Shown piece after piece: positions 1 through 11,274 of a stretch of 64,000 bases of DNA. Location of the stretch: contig CM119372.1 of assembly GCA_051294905.1 (NCBI GenBank), forward strand, positions 8,558,001 through 8,622,000, written 5' to 3'. Position numbers and translations under genes: made by a program. Position 1 is the first letter of the stretch. Every line of letters starts with the position of its first letter. Under the pieces are notes generated by a model, which worked only from the letters and a program-made list of their open reading frames with translations, was not told the DNA's origin and did not search any database. The DNA comes from Botryllus schlosseri. Lineage: Eukaryota.

Positions 1-2433
1 GGTGAATCGCTCGATATTCCGTTTTCAACTACAAGCGCCACAACGCGAGAAATTCACTTGAAACCTGTTTCAGTACTGCAAGAAGAGGACTCATCAGCGA
101 ACGACTGGCGTGATTTAGAGAAATGTATTTGCAGAGATAAGCAGCCAGATATTGTAATATCAGGCAACGAGCCTATGAAATGCATGGGGATCGATAGGGT
201 TGACTCAAGATTGTCCAAATGCATCTACCCAATTAGAATATCAATGATGATGCAGGCATCAAAGACGACTCCGTTGAGTGCGTTTTGCGACGAACACCGG
301 GAGAGAATGCTGAGACACGAATGCTGTCCTGGGTGCGGAATGTTTTGTGCTGGCGGTGGTTACTTGATATGCGTCGCTGACGCAGAGTGCCCACATCGGT
401 TCCACGACGAATGTGTCTCGTCGTTGTACAAAGAGAAATGTTGCCTTCATTGTATGGCGCCGATGTCGCAAACGCGCGAAGTGTGCATCGACCCGAAGCA
501 AGATTCCCAGTTGCGCGCGATCATTGCCAAACTTGATCCGACCAGAGTGGAAAGGAACAAGAAATCAAGGCAGAGATTTGCTCGCATGGGTCATAAGACT
601 CGCATTTTTCCTAGTTCGGGTACGGGTATTGTGAAAACCCTCGGCGTCTACACCGTAGACACTAATAAATTCCCTGTCGGCACCGACCGAGAAGCCTTGG
701 AAGAGGCGTTATGCGAGTATTCAGAGTCCGTCCCCGAAAAACTCCACAAAACAATCATTCAAATTACCAACCAAGGCGACACAATGAAGTTGATTCAGTT
801 CATATGTGAAAGCGGGGCTCGCGAACTTAAATCGGCTGCTAAAATTTCATCTGTTCTCACTAAACCAATCACGTGTTCCAACATACCAATGGTGTATCTC
901 CTCCTGAGCACCTTTGCCGACGTCGACGTCACTGATCAGGCAGGGAAAACGCCTTTATTCTATGCCGAAGAACAGGAAAACGTTACCTTGATTGATTTCC
1001 TTATTAAATCGGGCGCGGACATAATGGTCAAAGACTCTGAAGGCATGATGTGCATACATCACGCCGCCAAAAACGGCCGGATCGTGTCTTGCGCTGCTTT
1101 GATAAGGCACAGTCGGGAAATAGTAAATACGGAGGACGAAGGTGGATGGACTCCAATTTTATGGGCCACTGAGCATAAGCACGTCGCCACTGCCAAATAT
1201 TTGGAGCATTTCGGTGCCGACATGATGAAAACCGACAACGAAGGCAATACTTGCTTACATTGGGCGGCTCTTTCTGGCAATCTGGATCTGATCATAGCTT
1301 GTCTGCAGAAATGCGAATGCGCAAATATACAAAATCTGACCGGCGACACTGCGCTTCACGTTGCGGCAAGGCAGGACAATGTCGAATGCGTTTTGTGTCT
1401 TATAAACTGGGGGACGGACTACGAAGTCAAGAACGCACTAGGGAGTACCGCACTGGAATGCGCCCCTGCCGGGTCTGATTCGGAGGCTTTGCTTAAGCTG
1501 AAAGAACAAATGATGTTCAACTTGCCGAAGTTGGCGGAAGATCGTGACCGCGACAGTAAATTGTTGTCGTCGGATCTCTCGCGAGGATTTGAAAATGTCC
1601 CCGTGTCTTGTATCAACGCCGTCGATGACGCAATAGACCCGTCCGCCGGACAAGACGGATTCCAATATGTTACGGCCAGCGTTCAAACGTCTTCCGATGC
1701 GATCGTAAAGAATGCTCTGAAATGCAAAATACAATCTTGCTGCTGCTACAACGAATGCACAGACGGGTCGTGTTTGTGTAGCGTAATGGGCGGAAAATGC
1801 TGGTACAAAAAAGACGGACTTCTCGTCGATGAGTTCGATTTTGTAGACGCCCCGTTTATCGTGGAATGTAGCGAAACGTGCTGGTGCCCTGCGTCATGTC
1901 ATAATCGCGTCGTTCAAAAGGGTATCAAATACAGCCTGCAAGTTCACCGGACCGCTACGATGGGATGGAGTGTCCGCGCTCTAGAGGAAATACCGCGTGG
2001 TGCGTTCGTTTGTGAGTATGTCGGAGAGTTGATATCGGACGCGGATGCTGATATTAGAGAAGATGATTCTTATCTGTTTGATTTGGAGAACAGCGATGGA
2101 GAGATATTTTGTATCGACGCACGGTATTACGGAAACGTGTCTCGTTTTATAAACCATCTTTGCGATCGGAACCTGATGCCCATTCGTGTTTTTATTGATC
2201 ATCATGATAAGAGATTTCCGAGGTTAGCCTACTTTTCTACAAAGGACATTGCTGCTGGCGAAGAGCTCGGTTTCGATTACGGGGATCGTTTTTGGGATAT
2301 CAAGTCTCGGTCGTTTACGTGCGGGTGCGGATCGAGTCGGTGCAAGTACTCGGCGGAAGCTTACAAGCTGAAAAAGGAATTGGAGAGCAAAAAAATCCAG
2401 GAAGAGAATGAAAAAACTGATGTTGCGGTGTGA
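1..2433 (+). CDS. EHMT1/2: Histone-lysine N-methyltransferase EHMT1/EHMT2 (GLP/G9a) ortholog, 5'-partial, no introns in the visible part
   Basis: Frame is open from base 1, so the TTG at 58 is not the true start. Cys-rich region (HECCPGCGMFC), ankyrin repeats with methyl-lysine cage motifs (GGWTPILWATEH, CLHWAA), pre-SET Cys cluster, SET motifs (EYVGELISD, NVSRFINHLC, FDYG), post-SET CGCGSSRC. Confidence 0.95.
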   Translation, partial: GESLDIPFSTTSATTREIHLKPVSVLQEEDSSANDWRDLEKCICRDKQPDIVISGNEPMKCMGIDRVDSRLSKCIYPIRISMMMQASKTTPLSAFCDEHRERMLRHECCPGCGMFCAGGGYLICVADAECPHRFHDECVSSLYKEKCCLHCMAPMSQTREVCIDPKQDSQLRAIIAKLDPTRVERNKKSRQRFARMGHKTRIFPSSGTGIVKTLGVYTVDTNKFPVGTDREALEEALCEYSESVPEKLHKTIIQITNQGDTMKLIQFICESGARELKSAAKISSVLTKPITCSNIPMVYLLLSTFADVDVTDQAGKTPLFYAEEQENVTLIDFLIKSGADIMVKDSEGMMCIHHAAKNGRIVSCAALIRHSREIVNTEDEGGWTPILWATEHKHVATAKYLEHFGADMMKTDNEGNTCLHWAALSGNLDLIIACLQKCECANIQNLTGDTALHVAARQDNVECVLCLINWGTDYEVKNALGSTALECAPAGSDSEALLKLKEQMMFNLPKLAEDRDRDSKLLSSDLSRGFENVPVSCINAVDDAIDPSAGQDGFQYVTASVQTSSDAIVKNALKCKIQSCCCYNECTDGSCLCSVMGGKCWYKKDGLLVDEFDFVDAPFIVECSETCWCPASCHNRVVQKGIKYSLQVHRTATMGWSVRALEEIPRGAFVCEYVGELISDADADIREDDSYLFDLENSDGEIFCIDARYYGNVSRFINHLCDRNLMPIRVFIDHHDKRFPRLAYFSTKDIAAGEELGFDYGDRFWDIKSRSFTCGCGSSRCKYSAEAYKLKKELESKKIQEENEKTDVAV

Positions 2434-2971
2434 TGCGTGAATCCAGTGTTATTTGTATTCTGATCCAGGCAATCTTACTTGCTTTGCGGACTGGTTTCAA
2501 AATCGTATTTTTACAGTCTTAAAAAAAAACATTAAAAATTGATTCCAGCTCATATACTATTTGGTCACTAAAGGGTGCCCAGTAAGGCAGTAGCACAACA
2601 TTTCGATCAAAGAGATTAACTTTCGATATACATTTCAACAGCAATCTAGACCATTATGCAAAAGTATACAAACTCTTCCTGGACCGACGCAGGTCTGCAG
2701 ACTATAGGTTCTGTTCGACCCGTCAGGATTATTAATCCAGAACACAATTGTATCTTGTTTTTGCTGCCCTTAGCGTTGTTGAACAACACACCAACTGAAT
2801 TTTCCATCATGAAGACGCTTCCATACAAAAACTTGTATCCTGATATCGTGTATTCGCTTTGGCTCTGTTACTTGCCTTTAAAATTCCTCTTTCCATTTTA
2901 TCTGCTGCATGTTATTGTTGGACCCGGTTATTGCCTGGGTTTGAACGGGTAACGGATGAATATGTCAATCG

Positions 2972-2992
2972 TCTTTTTTTCTGTTTGTTTAG
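2972..2992 (+). promoter_or_regulatory. Splice acceptor (5'UTR cis-intron or SL trans-splice site) 29 nt upstream of the GART ATG
   Basis: Pyrimidine-rich tract tctttttttctgtttgtttAG followed by gtctg. Confidence 0.55.
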
Positions 2993-3021
2993 GTCTGTTA
3001 ATTCGCTAAGCAATAATAATC

Positions 3022-6000
3022 ATGGCCAAGGTGCTTGTTATCGGATCTGGCGGTAGAGAGCACGCTCTCGCGTGGAAACTGGCACGATCAGCCGACGTCT
3101 CGAAAGTACTCGTTTGTCCGGGAAATGGAGGCACCTCGCAGCTTACCGCAGGAAAAGACGCGTTTGCCCAGAAGATATCTAACACAGTAGAAGCGCCGTG
3201 CGGAGATTTTAAAAATCTTTCCGAATGGTGCAAGTCTTCGGATATTGACCTCGTGGTTGTTGGACCAGAAGTGCCGCTCGCTGATGGGATAGCTGATGTT
3301 TTGTCTGCGAACGGTGTCGATTGTTTTGGGCCATCGAAGAAGGCTGCGCTACTGGAAGCTAGTAAAGACTTCTCGAAAAACTTCATGGTGAAACACAGCA
3401 TACCAACGGCCAGATTTTCTAGCTTCACGTCGTCGGCTGATGCCGAGAAATTTATTGCGTCGGCCGAGTACGAACCTCTGGTCGTGAAAGCCAGTGGTCT
3501 TGCCGCCGGGAAGGGCGTGATTGTATGCGAGACGAGAGATGAAGCTCGCAACGCGGCCAGGGAAATCCTCGACGATAATAAATTTGGCATCTCGGGCGGG
3601 GTGGTCGTTGTCGAAGAACTTCTCAAGGGCGAGGAATTTTCTGTGTTGTGTTTCAGCGACGGCAAGAATATCGCGGTGATGCCGCCTACGCAGGATCATA
3701 AACGGGCCTTTGATGGCGATTTAGGTCCCAACACGGGCGGAATGGGAGCTTATGGCCCCTGCGACCAGTTGGACCAAAACGCGTTAGATTTTATCAGAAG
3801 GGATGTCTTGCAAAAAGCAATTGATGGTGCCTCTGAAGACGGGCATCCATTTGTCGGTGTGCTCTATGCTGGCGTTATGATGACCGTTGATGGCCCCAAA
3901 GTGTTAGAATTCAACTGCAGGTTTGGCGATCCAGAATGTCAAGTTTTGATGTCGTTACTTGATTCTGATCTCTACACAATTATGAAACAGTGCTGCCACG
4001 GAGGCCTCGTTTCTGGTAATGTTTTGTGGAAAACGGACGTGTCTGCGACTTGTGTCGTTCTGGCTAGCGGCGGATACCCGGGAAAGTATGAGAAGAATAA
4101 AACGATCTGCGGTATTGATGCATGCAACCAACTGGCAGGGGTGCAAGTATTCGAAGCTGGCACAGCTGTTGTCGGCGAGGCGAAAGTAACGTCAGGCGGA
4201 AGAGTTTTATCTGTCACGTCTGTAGCTGAATCATTGGAAAAATCTGTCGACGTGTCCATGCGCGGTTGCAGTTTGATATCTTTCGAAGGCATGTTCCATC
4301 GTAGGGATATTGCCAAAAGAGGGATTGCGTACAACGCGCCCAAGCCTAAACTTACCTACGCTTCTTGTGGCGTGGATATCGGGCAGGGAGACGCTTTTGT
4401 GCAGAAAATATCACCGTTAGCTGCAGCGACTTCAAGGCCTGGTTGTGACGCGTCTCTTGGAGGATTTGGAGCTGTTTTCGATCTCAAGGCTGCTGGATAT
4501 TCCAATCCGGTATTGGTTTCTGGTACCGACGGCGTCGGTACTAAATTGCTGCTCGCGCAGGAAGCCAAATTGTTTTCCACTCTCGGACAGGACCTCGTGG
4601 CGATGTGCGTTAACGATATACTGACTCACAACGCTGAACCGTTGTTTTTCTTGGATTATTTCTCATGTGGAAGGCTGGATGACGCGACTGCCGCTCAAAT
4701 ACTGAAAGGTGTATCTGATGCTTGCAAGGCGTGTGACTGTGCGCTGGCTGGTGGTGAAACTGCGGAAATGCCGGGGCTATACCCGAGCGGTGAATTTGAC
4801 CTCGCTGGTTTTGCGGTCGGCGCTTACGATAAGGGCAGGCACACGCCTCTTCCTCTTACCGATAGTATTATCGAAAATGACGTTGTGATCGGAATATCGT
4901 CGACTGGAATTCACAGCAATGGATATAGCCTCGTCCGGCAGGTAGTGAAGCTATCTCGATTGAGTTTGAATTCGAAATGCCCGTTCGACGATGAGCGAAC
5001 CTTGGTGGAAGCGTTGCTGACGCCTACCGCTTTGTATTCAAGGCCAATACTGTCTGTTATCAGAAATAATGAGGGAGTGAAAGCCGCGGCTCATATCACC
5101 GGGGGCGGATTGCCCGGTAATCTTTCCCGCGTTCTTCCTGTCCATCTGCGTGCCGTTCTTGACGCTGAAAAATGGGATATGCATCCAGTATTCGGCTGGA
5201 TTGCAAAGACTGGCAACGTATCGCCTGTTGAGATGTACAGAACTTTCAATTGCGGTTTGGGATTGTGTCTCGTCGTCGATCGGGAGAATCATGTTAAAGT
5301 TCTCGAGGAGTGTAATAAAGATTTACAGGGTACGGGCCTTGAAGCATATTTAGTAGGCAGAATCGAACCGATGAACGTCAACACTAGTGACAAGGTTGTG
5401 GTGCGAAATTTCAAGCCTGTACTGGAGAAAAGCTGGACACCAATATCGACGAATGGCTGCAGCAACGGCATCATTCCTAATATCAATGCAGCTGAAAAGC
5501 CGAAAGTCGCTGTGCTGATATCTGGTACCGGCACGAATTTGCAAGCCCTGATTGATCATGAAAAGTCAGGTAAAGCAAATTACGTTATCGCATTGGTGCT
5601 GTCGAATAAAAACTCGGCTGCAGGCCTTGACAAAGCTAAAGCTGCTGGGATTCCGACTGTTGTGGTGGTCAGCAAAAAAGCTTGTTCGCGAGAAGAGTAT
5701 GATCAACAAGTGCACCGTACTCTTTTGGAAAATGGAATTCAACTGGTTTGTCTCGCCGGGTTTATGAGACTCTTGTCCGGGTGGTTTACGCGAACGTGGC
5801 AAGGTAGGGTACTGAATATCCACCCCAGTCTTCTGCCGTCGTTCAGAGGCATGGACGCTCACCGCCAGGTTTTAGACGCGGGCGTTAAAGTCACTGGGTG
5901 CACGGTGCATTTTGTTACAGAGAAAATGGACGATGGAGCTATAATATCGCAAACCGCCGTGAATGTGGAAGATGACGATGATGTGGAATCTCTCTCCGAA

Positions 6001-6105
6001 CGGGTGAAAGGGTACGAGCACAAGACCTATCCTGCTGCGTTGGATCTTGTCGCTAAAAGGAAAGTTGGATTGGATTCTTCCTGCAACAGAGTTATCCGGC
6101 AGTAA
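3022..6105 (+). CDS. GART: Trifunctional purine biosynthetic protein GARS-AIRS-GART, single coding exon
   Basis: GARS start (VLVIGSGGREHALAWKL; GPNTGGMGAY), AIRS (TDGVGTK; GGETAEMPG), formyltransferase (VAVLISGTGTNLQALI; NIHPSLLP; GCTVHFV). Three-domain animal-type fusion. Confidence 0.97.
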   Translation: MAKVLVIGSGGREHALAWKLARSADVSKVLVCPGNGGTSQLTAGKDAFAQKISNTVEAPCGDFKNLSEWCKSSDIDLVVVGPEVPLADGIADVLSANGVDCFGPSKKAALLEASKDFSKNFMVKHSIPTARFSSFTSSADAEKFIASAEYEPLVVKASGLAAGKGVIVCETRDEARNAAREILDDNKFGISGGVVVVEELLKGEEFSVLCFSDGKNIAVMPPTQDHKRAFDGDLGPNTGGMGAYGPCDQLDQNALDFIRRDVLQKAIDGASEDGHPFVGVLYAGVMMTVDGPKVLEFNCRFGDPECQVLMSLLDSDLYTIMKQCCHGGLVSGNVLWKTDVSATCVVLASGGYPGKYEKNKTICGIDACNQLAGVQVFEAGTAVVGEAKVTSGGRVLSVTSVAESLEKSVDVSMRGCSLISFEGMFHRRDIAKRGIAYNAPKPKLTYASCGVDIGQGDAFVQKISPLAAATSRPGCDASLGGFGAVFDLKAAGYSNPVLVSGTDGVGTKLLLAQEAKLFSTLGQDLVAMCVNDILTHNAEPLFFLDYFSCGRLDDATAAQILKGVSDACKACDCALAGGETAEMPGLYPSGEFDLAGFAVGAYDKGRHTPLPLTDSIIENDVVIGISSTGIHSNGYSLVRQVVKLSRLSLNSKCPFDDERTLVEALLTPTALYSRPILSVIRNNEGVKAAAHITGGGLPGNLSRVLPVHLRAVLDAEKWDMHPVFGWIAKTGNVSPVEMYRTFNCGLGLCLVVDRENHVKVLEECNKDLQGTGLEAYLVGRIEPMNVNTSDKVVVRNFKPVLEKSWTPISTNGCSNGIIPNINAAEKPKVAVLISGTGTNLQALIDHEKSGKANYVIALVLSNKNSAAGLDKAKAAGIPTVVVVSKKACSREEYDQQVHRTLLENGIQLVCLAGFMRLLSGWFTRTWQGRVLNIHPSLLPSFRGMDAHRQVLDAGVKVTGCTVHFVTEKMDDGAIISQTAVNVEDDDDVESLSERVKGYEHKTYPAALDLVAKRKVGLDSSCNRVIRQ

Positions 6106-6844
6106 TTGGGAAATTGAGATTGCTATCGTCAATGGTGATCAGAATGTAGGACTGAATTTTGAGGCTTGTTAAGGTACCTATTATTGCCATTCCCATGCAT
6201 TTCTGATTTCTACAGTGTGACATATTCATAATAACATCCTAATGAATCCTGGACTTTCGTAAATAATTTCACTGATGTCAAAAATAGTTTTCGTTTACTG
6301 AATTCGTAATATTCCTCACTTCCTGGTCTACGTTGTTGATTTACCGTTACATTCATCAATCATATCTGTTTTTGTCGTGAACTTTGCGCATAGCTGACAT
6401 AATGGTACATTAGTATACTTTCGTAAGCATTTGTAATATCTCTTGTCAACTTTGTCTATTCATTTCTATTCTTACACAATGTCCTCAATCACAAATTTTC
6501 AATGCCGTGACTATAATTGCAACCTTCCACCGGAGTAGTAATCGTTATTCCGTGTAGAACCATGACCACCGGCATTTTGATAAGGCTTGATAAAACGTGC
6601 ATGCATTGACATTTTTGTAAATCCTAATTTTTCAACTACGGCCTACTTTCCTTCATTTGTATTTCAACTGTGACCATCGCAATCCAAGCAAATATAGAAC
6701 TTACCTTTGTGGTTAAGATCTATCGCACCCGCTGCTCCATCACTATGAACGCCTTCGATCATTTCAAAAATTGCAACAGAAATGTTGCCTGCTTGTCTGC
6801 CAGTACTGCCACTGTCATGAGATTATCAGTATGAAAACTACGCA

Positions 6845-7048
6845 TCTACCGTGAAATTGCAATAAAAGACTTGCCATAATACCTGAGTACTCGTTTGATC
6901 TTGAAGCAGCAGTGTCAAGGTCGATGCAAAAATGTGCAATATGTAGTCTACCGTGAAATTGCAATAAAAGACTTGCCATAATACCTGAGTACTCGTTTGA
7001 TCTTGAAGCAGCAGTGTCAAGGTCGATGCAAAAATGTGCAATATGTAG
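6845..7048. repeat. Perfect 102-bp tandem duplication
   Basis: 6845-6946 is identical to 6947-7048 (tctaccgtgaaattgc...tgcaatatgtag). Confidence 0.95.
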
Positions 7049-7257
7049 CCTAACTCGTACACCCAATATGGGTAATTTATGTAATAACATTTGAAGTTGT
7101 TGCTCTAAGAAATGAACTATATGAAACACTGAAACCTGAAGGAGGACATAGCCCTGATCTGAGCTTGTTGCATATCTAACATTGTAACCCGCAAATACTC
7201 AGCGCCACTACCCCTTAACAGCTGTCACAGCACAAAGGAACCATCAATTTCAGAGTG

Positions 7258-7263
7258 TTTATT
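7258..7263 (-). terminator. Probable polyadenylation signal of PISD
   Basis: AATAAA on the minus strand about 215 nt past the PISD stop. Confidence 0.5.
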
Positions 7264-7476
7264 TCAATTAAAAAAAAAGCATCCATAGTCAATGCAGAAC
7301 GTATCTGGCGCTCAAATGTGCATTTTCAGTAGGCAACGTATAAAGAAAATCGACGTATGTTTGGCTGTAAGAAAGCAGGTATAAGAAGATAAGAGGATAC
7401 AGACAGTCTTAACATTTTTGTACGATTGTTAAACGTATCTAATTGCATAATCATGAATTGAACTGGCTTGAGGTGT

Positions 7477-8988
7477 TTAAACTTTTTGTAGCGCTTTACC
7501 GTAACATATCTTGTCGCTGGATTCCACGGCATATTCGAAATCTTTGGGCGCTTCAAATATCAACACGATTGTCGAGCCAAGGTTGAATTCTCCCATTCCT
7601 ATTCCCTTCACGGCCGGCACATCGTCGTACTTTGCATCATAGTAGGCACCGTACACACGCTTTGGTCTGTTTGTTTTCAACGTGAGATCCCCGTAAATGT
7701 CAACGGAGCCGACGTTAGTCGCGCCGACCGCGGTCATGGAGAAGAATCCGTGTTTCCACTTTCCCATCAGCGCAACCCGCTCGTTAAGAACGAACAAGCT
7801 AGGCACTACGGATGCAAGTTTCGGATTAACGCTCAATAAATCGCCAGGAAAATGTCGGCGATGCTGCACAATCCAATCGGTAGGCGAGTGAAAGCGATGA
7901 TAATCACCTGGCGCCAGGTAGATCACACAATGGTATAAATCATTTTCCTCTGGATAGTGTAATAAAGCTTTGGCATAATTCGGCAACGGAACTGCGCACC
8001 AGTCGTGAGCGTGCTGGTCTTTTTCGCCCCACTCTTCATGGACGGGATCAAAATGTAGAGGACCCAGAAATTTTTGCAAAGAGTAAGTAACCCCTTTGAC
8101 TTGCTCAACAGATCCGTTGACCACTTTACCAAAATGCAATATCTTGCCGTCAGAAGGGCTTACAAGATCCACTCCCGCATCTATTGGTCTGACACTGCTT
8201 TTTATCGGCCTACGAAAAAACTCTGAAAAATTGGAGTAGCTTTTTGGATCCGGATCGACCGCTTCATCGAATTTAACGCCATACACTCTCCCGAACATAC
8301 CGTACAGATACGGTCTCAGATACACCGGTAAATCAATGGTGGCATTGAATCTGCCCCAAGCACGGGACAAAGCGCGCCACGGGATACCCATATATACCCG
8401 CAACATTAAATTGGAATCCTCAACACGATGTGCAACGTGCGGATTGTATTCCAGGGTTGGATCGGAAAGTGCGGAATTGCGATCGACAAAATCTGGATAA
8501 AATATCCATCCGACCAAAATACCAGACGATGTCACTGCAAGGAACTTCAAGTAGTTTAGCAGGTCTGGAAATACCGGGAAAAAGCGCCGTCCCCATTCCT
8601 GGTCTCTTTTGCGTTTTTCTACAAATGACTGCATCCTCTTAGAATCATTTACTTTAATGGCGTTCTTTTTTAGACCTTGCCCAGGAAAGGGTAGTGCTGA
8701 GTATAGATTGGGACATGAGCTCACCGACTTCAATACTGGGTGGTTCCACAACTTCTGCCCAAGTAAATTTGGTTTATTCCGGAATACACTTTGAAGCCTT
8801 CCATAGCCAGTCTCAGGAACAGAATTTTTCACATGGTTTGCAAACGATGACGTCCAATGATACATGGCTTGTGGTGGCTTTTTCACAATGTATTTCAAAA
8901 CTGCGGCAAAAAGAAGACCATGGGCTTTCAGAGCAGTAACCATTATTAAATAGATAACCCGAACCGATCTGCTAAAAATGAGGACCAT
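7477..8988 (-). CDS. PISD: Phosphatidylserine decarboxylase proenzyme, mitochondrial type, single coding exon
   Basis: FFRRPIK, VSPSDG, YLAPGDYHRFHSP, VGATNVGS and the autocleavage motif FNLGSTIVLIFEAP; hydrophobic segment and basic N-terminal extension. The exact start Met is uncertain. Confidence 0.95.
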   Translation of the reverse strand: MVLIFSRSVRVIYLIMVTALKAHGLLFAAVLKYIVKKPPQAMYHWTSSFANHVKNSVPETGYGRLQSVFRNKPNLLGQKLWNHPVLKSVSSCPNLYSALPFPGQGLKKNAIKVNDSKRMQSFVEKRKRDQEWGRRFFPVFPDLLNYLKFLAVTSSGILVGWIFYPDFVDRNSALSDPTLEYNPHVAHRVEDSNLMLRVYMGIPWRALSRAWGRFNATIDLPVYLRPYLYGMFGRVYGVKFDEAVDPDPKSYSNFSEFFRRPIKSSVRPIDAGVDLVSPSDGKILHFGKVVNGSVEQVKGVTYSLQKFLGPLHFDPVHEEWGEKDQHAHDWCAVPLPNYAKALLHYPEENDLYHCVIYLAPGDYHRFHSPTDWIVQHRRHFPGDLLSVNPKLASVVPSLFVLNERVALMGKWKHGFFSMTAVGATNVGSVDIYGDLTLKTNRPKRVYGAYYDAKYDDVPAVKGIGMGEFNLGSTIVLIFEAPKDFEYAVESSDKICYGKALQKV

Positions 8989-10289
8989 TCCATTAATTAC
9001 GGCATCAAATCATATATTCCCTTTTGTGTTAAAATGAATGATACCGAACCTGCATCGAACAACAATTTCTAGCTAATGAGTGCATATCGTATGATGTGGT
9101 CAATATATTGAACTGGATTACATAACACACTCTCTCTCACTCAACCCTTAGCTTCTACTTGGCATGAACGTTGAACACGAACAAACAGCATGACTATGCT
9201 GTCGCCTGGACTTCGCCCCGACATTGCGAAACATGTAGTTCCTCACTCAATCAAAGAGCATAAAATCCCGTAAAATGTTAACAAAAACAGTACGTTCTGA
9301 TAAGAATTATCAGCTATCACCAGGGCGACCGGAAACATCTGTACGCAACGCGAAATACTGAATATTTTTATACAGTATCATACAGTCACCTTGGTCAGTC
9401 GCACCTGAAGCCTCGCGCTGAAAATATAGCCAGTCGACCATGTCTAATTAAACCAGCAACTCTGTATGTTTCCACTGTCGCTATCGCCGCATATTATGCA
9501 TGCGAAGAGGTTCGACTCGTTGAGCTATAATTTTAAATATTTCATCATCTTCAAATTCATGTTCATCTTCATGTTCAGTTCATACATCGACAATAGTAAC
9601 GGGGGCTGGCGCGGCTCTGAACCGACGAATTTCGACTTCTTCTTCATGCGCAGCAAACGCCTGCTTGCATTGTGCAAATATCGTTGATTTATATTTTAGA
9701 ACCCAATGCGCCACTATATAAACAGAAAGAAGACGCCATAGCACGGGGAAGTCTGTTAATTAAACAGCCAGCTCGGCCCAAAATAGAATTACAGAAGTAT
9801 GCATAGGCCGAGAGTGACGCTAAATGATTAATGCTGATGCATGGCATATTAGTGGAAGTAGAAGTAATGTCGCAAATTTGTACTAAATTTTCTTCAAGTA
9901 GAAGTAAGATAAATTTTCAGAATTCAAGCAGAAAACGCTGAAGATCAGCACAAGATAGCATGACTCGTCATCGATCATGATGAATTAATCACGCCTGTGA
10001 AACAGTATTTGTGAAACATGTTTACATTCGATAATTTCACCGACATTCCGACTGTCGTCAAGCATGTCATGTCCATATTCAAAGCAAAATAGAAGCACAT
10101 TTTACTGAATGAATACAAGTCTACGCTTGAGATTAGCGCAAAATGATATGACATCGATTTTTTCCTACCGACAGATGACACAGCATGTCACTTCAATTTC
10201 ATTTCTTGTCCAAGTTTATGATGTAACAGCTCCACTGCGGTCACTGTCTCGAAAACTTCAATGACTTCTTTACCTCGGTATCAAAAGTG

Positions 10290-10430
10290 CATAAGTACGC
10301 CTACAACATACGCGCGCCCACGTCGTCCATATACGATATGGTCGGCAAAAAAGATCATCGCTCTATCTATCAAATATGCCAGACCTGCAGTGTGAAACAG
10401 TATCTCGCCGGCTGTCTGAGAGTCATTGAA
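10290..10430 (+). mobile_element. Degenerate LINE (CR1/L2-like) ORF2 C-terminal fragment
   Basis: HKYAYNIR followed by ctatcaaatatgccagacctgcagtgtgaaacagt, which matches the SIKYAGP..WNS segment of the adjacent minus-strand copy. Confidence 0.5.
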
Positions 10431-10440
10431 CATGTCGACA

Positions 10441-10848
10441 TTCGGTTCGGTTTATTAGCAATTTTTATCAGTTTAATACACCACAAAATTGCGATACAAT
10501 GTAAAGATAAGAAGATAACGAAACGACTTGGAGTAGTCTTTGGTATCAGATCAGACACACACCTTGGCCTAGCTAGGCGATGTAAAGAGGAGGCGAGGCA
10601 TGCACAGCACAGCGAATGAAAAGCAGAAGAAGGTATTATAGAAAAAAAGCTAGCGACAAAAATGGAGTGGCATGTCACGGAAGGCGAGGTTGATGGGTCA
10701 GGTCGTGGTCCGGTAATCTTGAGGGCGGACTAGTATTCATAGTAGAAGTTGCTTAATCGACTCGAATGTGGATGCTCGTCGACTGTCGGATGGCCGGCGG
10801 AGTACTGTTCCACATGTCAGGTCCGGCATATTTGATAGAACTGTTGTG
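10441..10848 (-). mobile_element. LINE (CR1/L2-like) 3' end: ORF2 C-terminus, 3'UTR and (CCGAA)n tail
   Basis: Minus strand reads NSSIKYAGPDMWNSTPPAIRQSTS. The 3'UTR matches the copies at 45981-46800 and 57450-57808 and ends AATAAA-CCGAACCGAA. Confidence 0.75.
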
Positions 10849-11274
10849 TACATTGTTAAAACAGATCATGGGTATTGGAGAAGGCATAAAAACCAACTCC
10901 GACCACGCTTGATTTCAGCTGGCAAGAATACAGCCACACGGGAAGTTGCTCAGCCTCAACGGTCACAAGCTGAGCAACCATTGGTCAGGAATAGGGCACA
11001 ACGTCCTGCAACTAGTCCTGCTCGAACGTCGGGCAGACGTTATCCGCTTAGAATTAGAAAACAAACTTGAGTTCTATCGGCCAACGTAAATTACCTTGTA
11101 CTCTTAACTTACAGGGGAGGACTGTTATGTTCGTGCATTTTACGTTGGTATCGTTTGTTTCTTATTTGTCTAGGATTGGTAATTACCGCCAATCATTATT
11201 TCCTCGTGTGTCGTGCTTTGTATTTATACCCTGTGTTCTGTTGTCTACTGGTCTTCCGTTTAACTGAACTCTGG
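10849..11274 (+). mobile_element. Gypsy-like LTR retrotransposon 3' fragment (integrase tail, PPT, start of 3' LTR)
   Basis: YIVKTDHGYWRRHKNQLR...RRYPLRIRK is typical of Gypsy pol C-termini; purine tract AGGGGAGGA then LTR-like TGTTATG at 11123. Confidence 0.7.

Noticed and set aside
3022..6105. Horizontal transfer of a bacterial purine operon to explain the intronless GART
   Set aside because: The GARS-AIRS-GART single-chain fusion is the animal architecture, and its neighbours are animal genes.
6815..7129. 104-aa ORF with an internal repeat
   Set aside because: Its length comes from the 102-bp duplication; no recognisable domain.
9440..9690. Acidic, faintly chromodomain-like minus-strand reading
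   Set aside because: Interrupted by stops and too weak to call.
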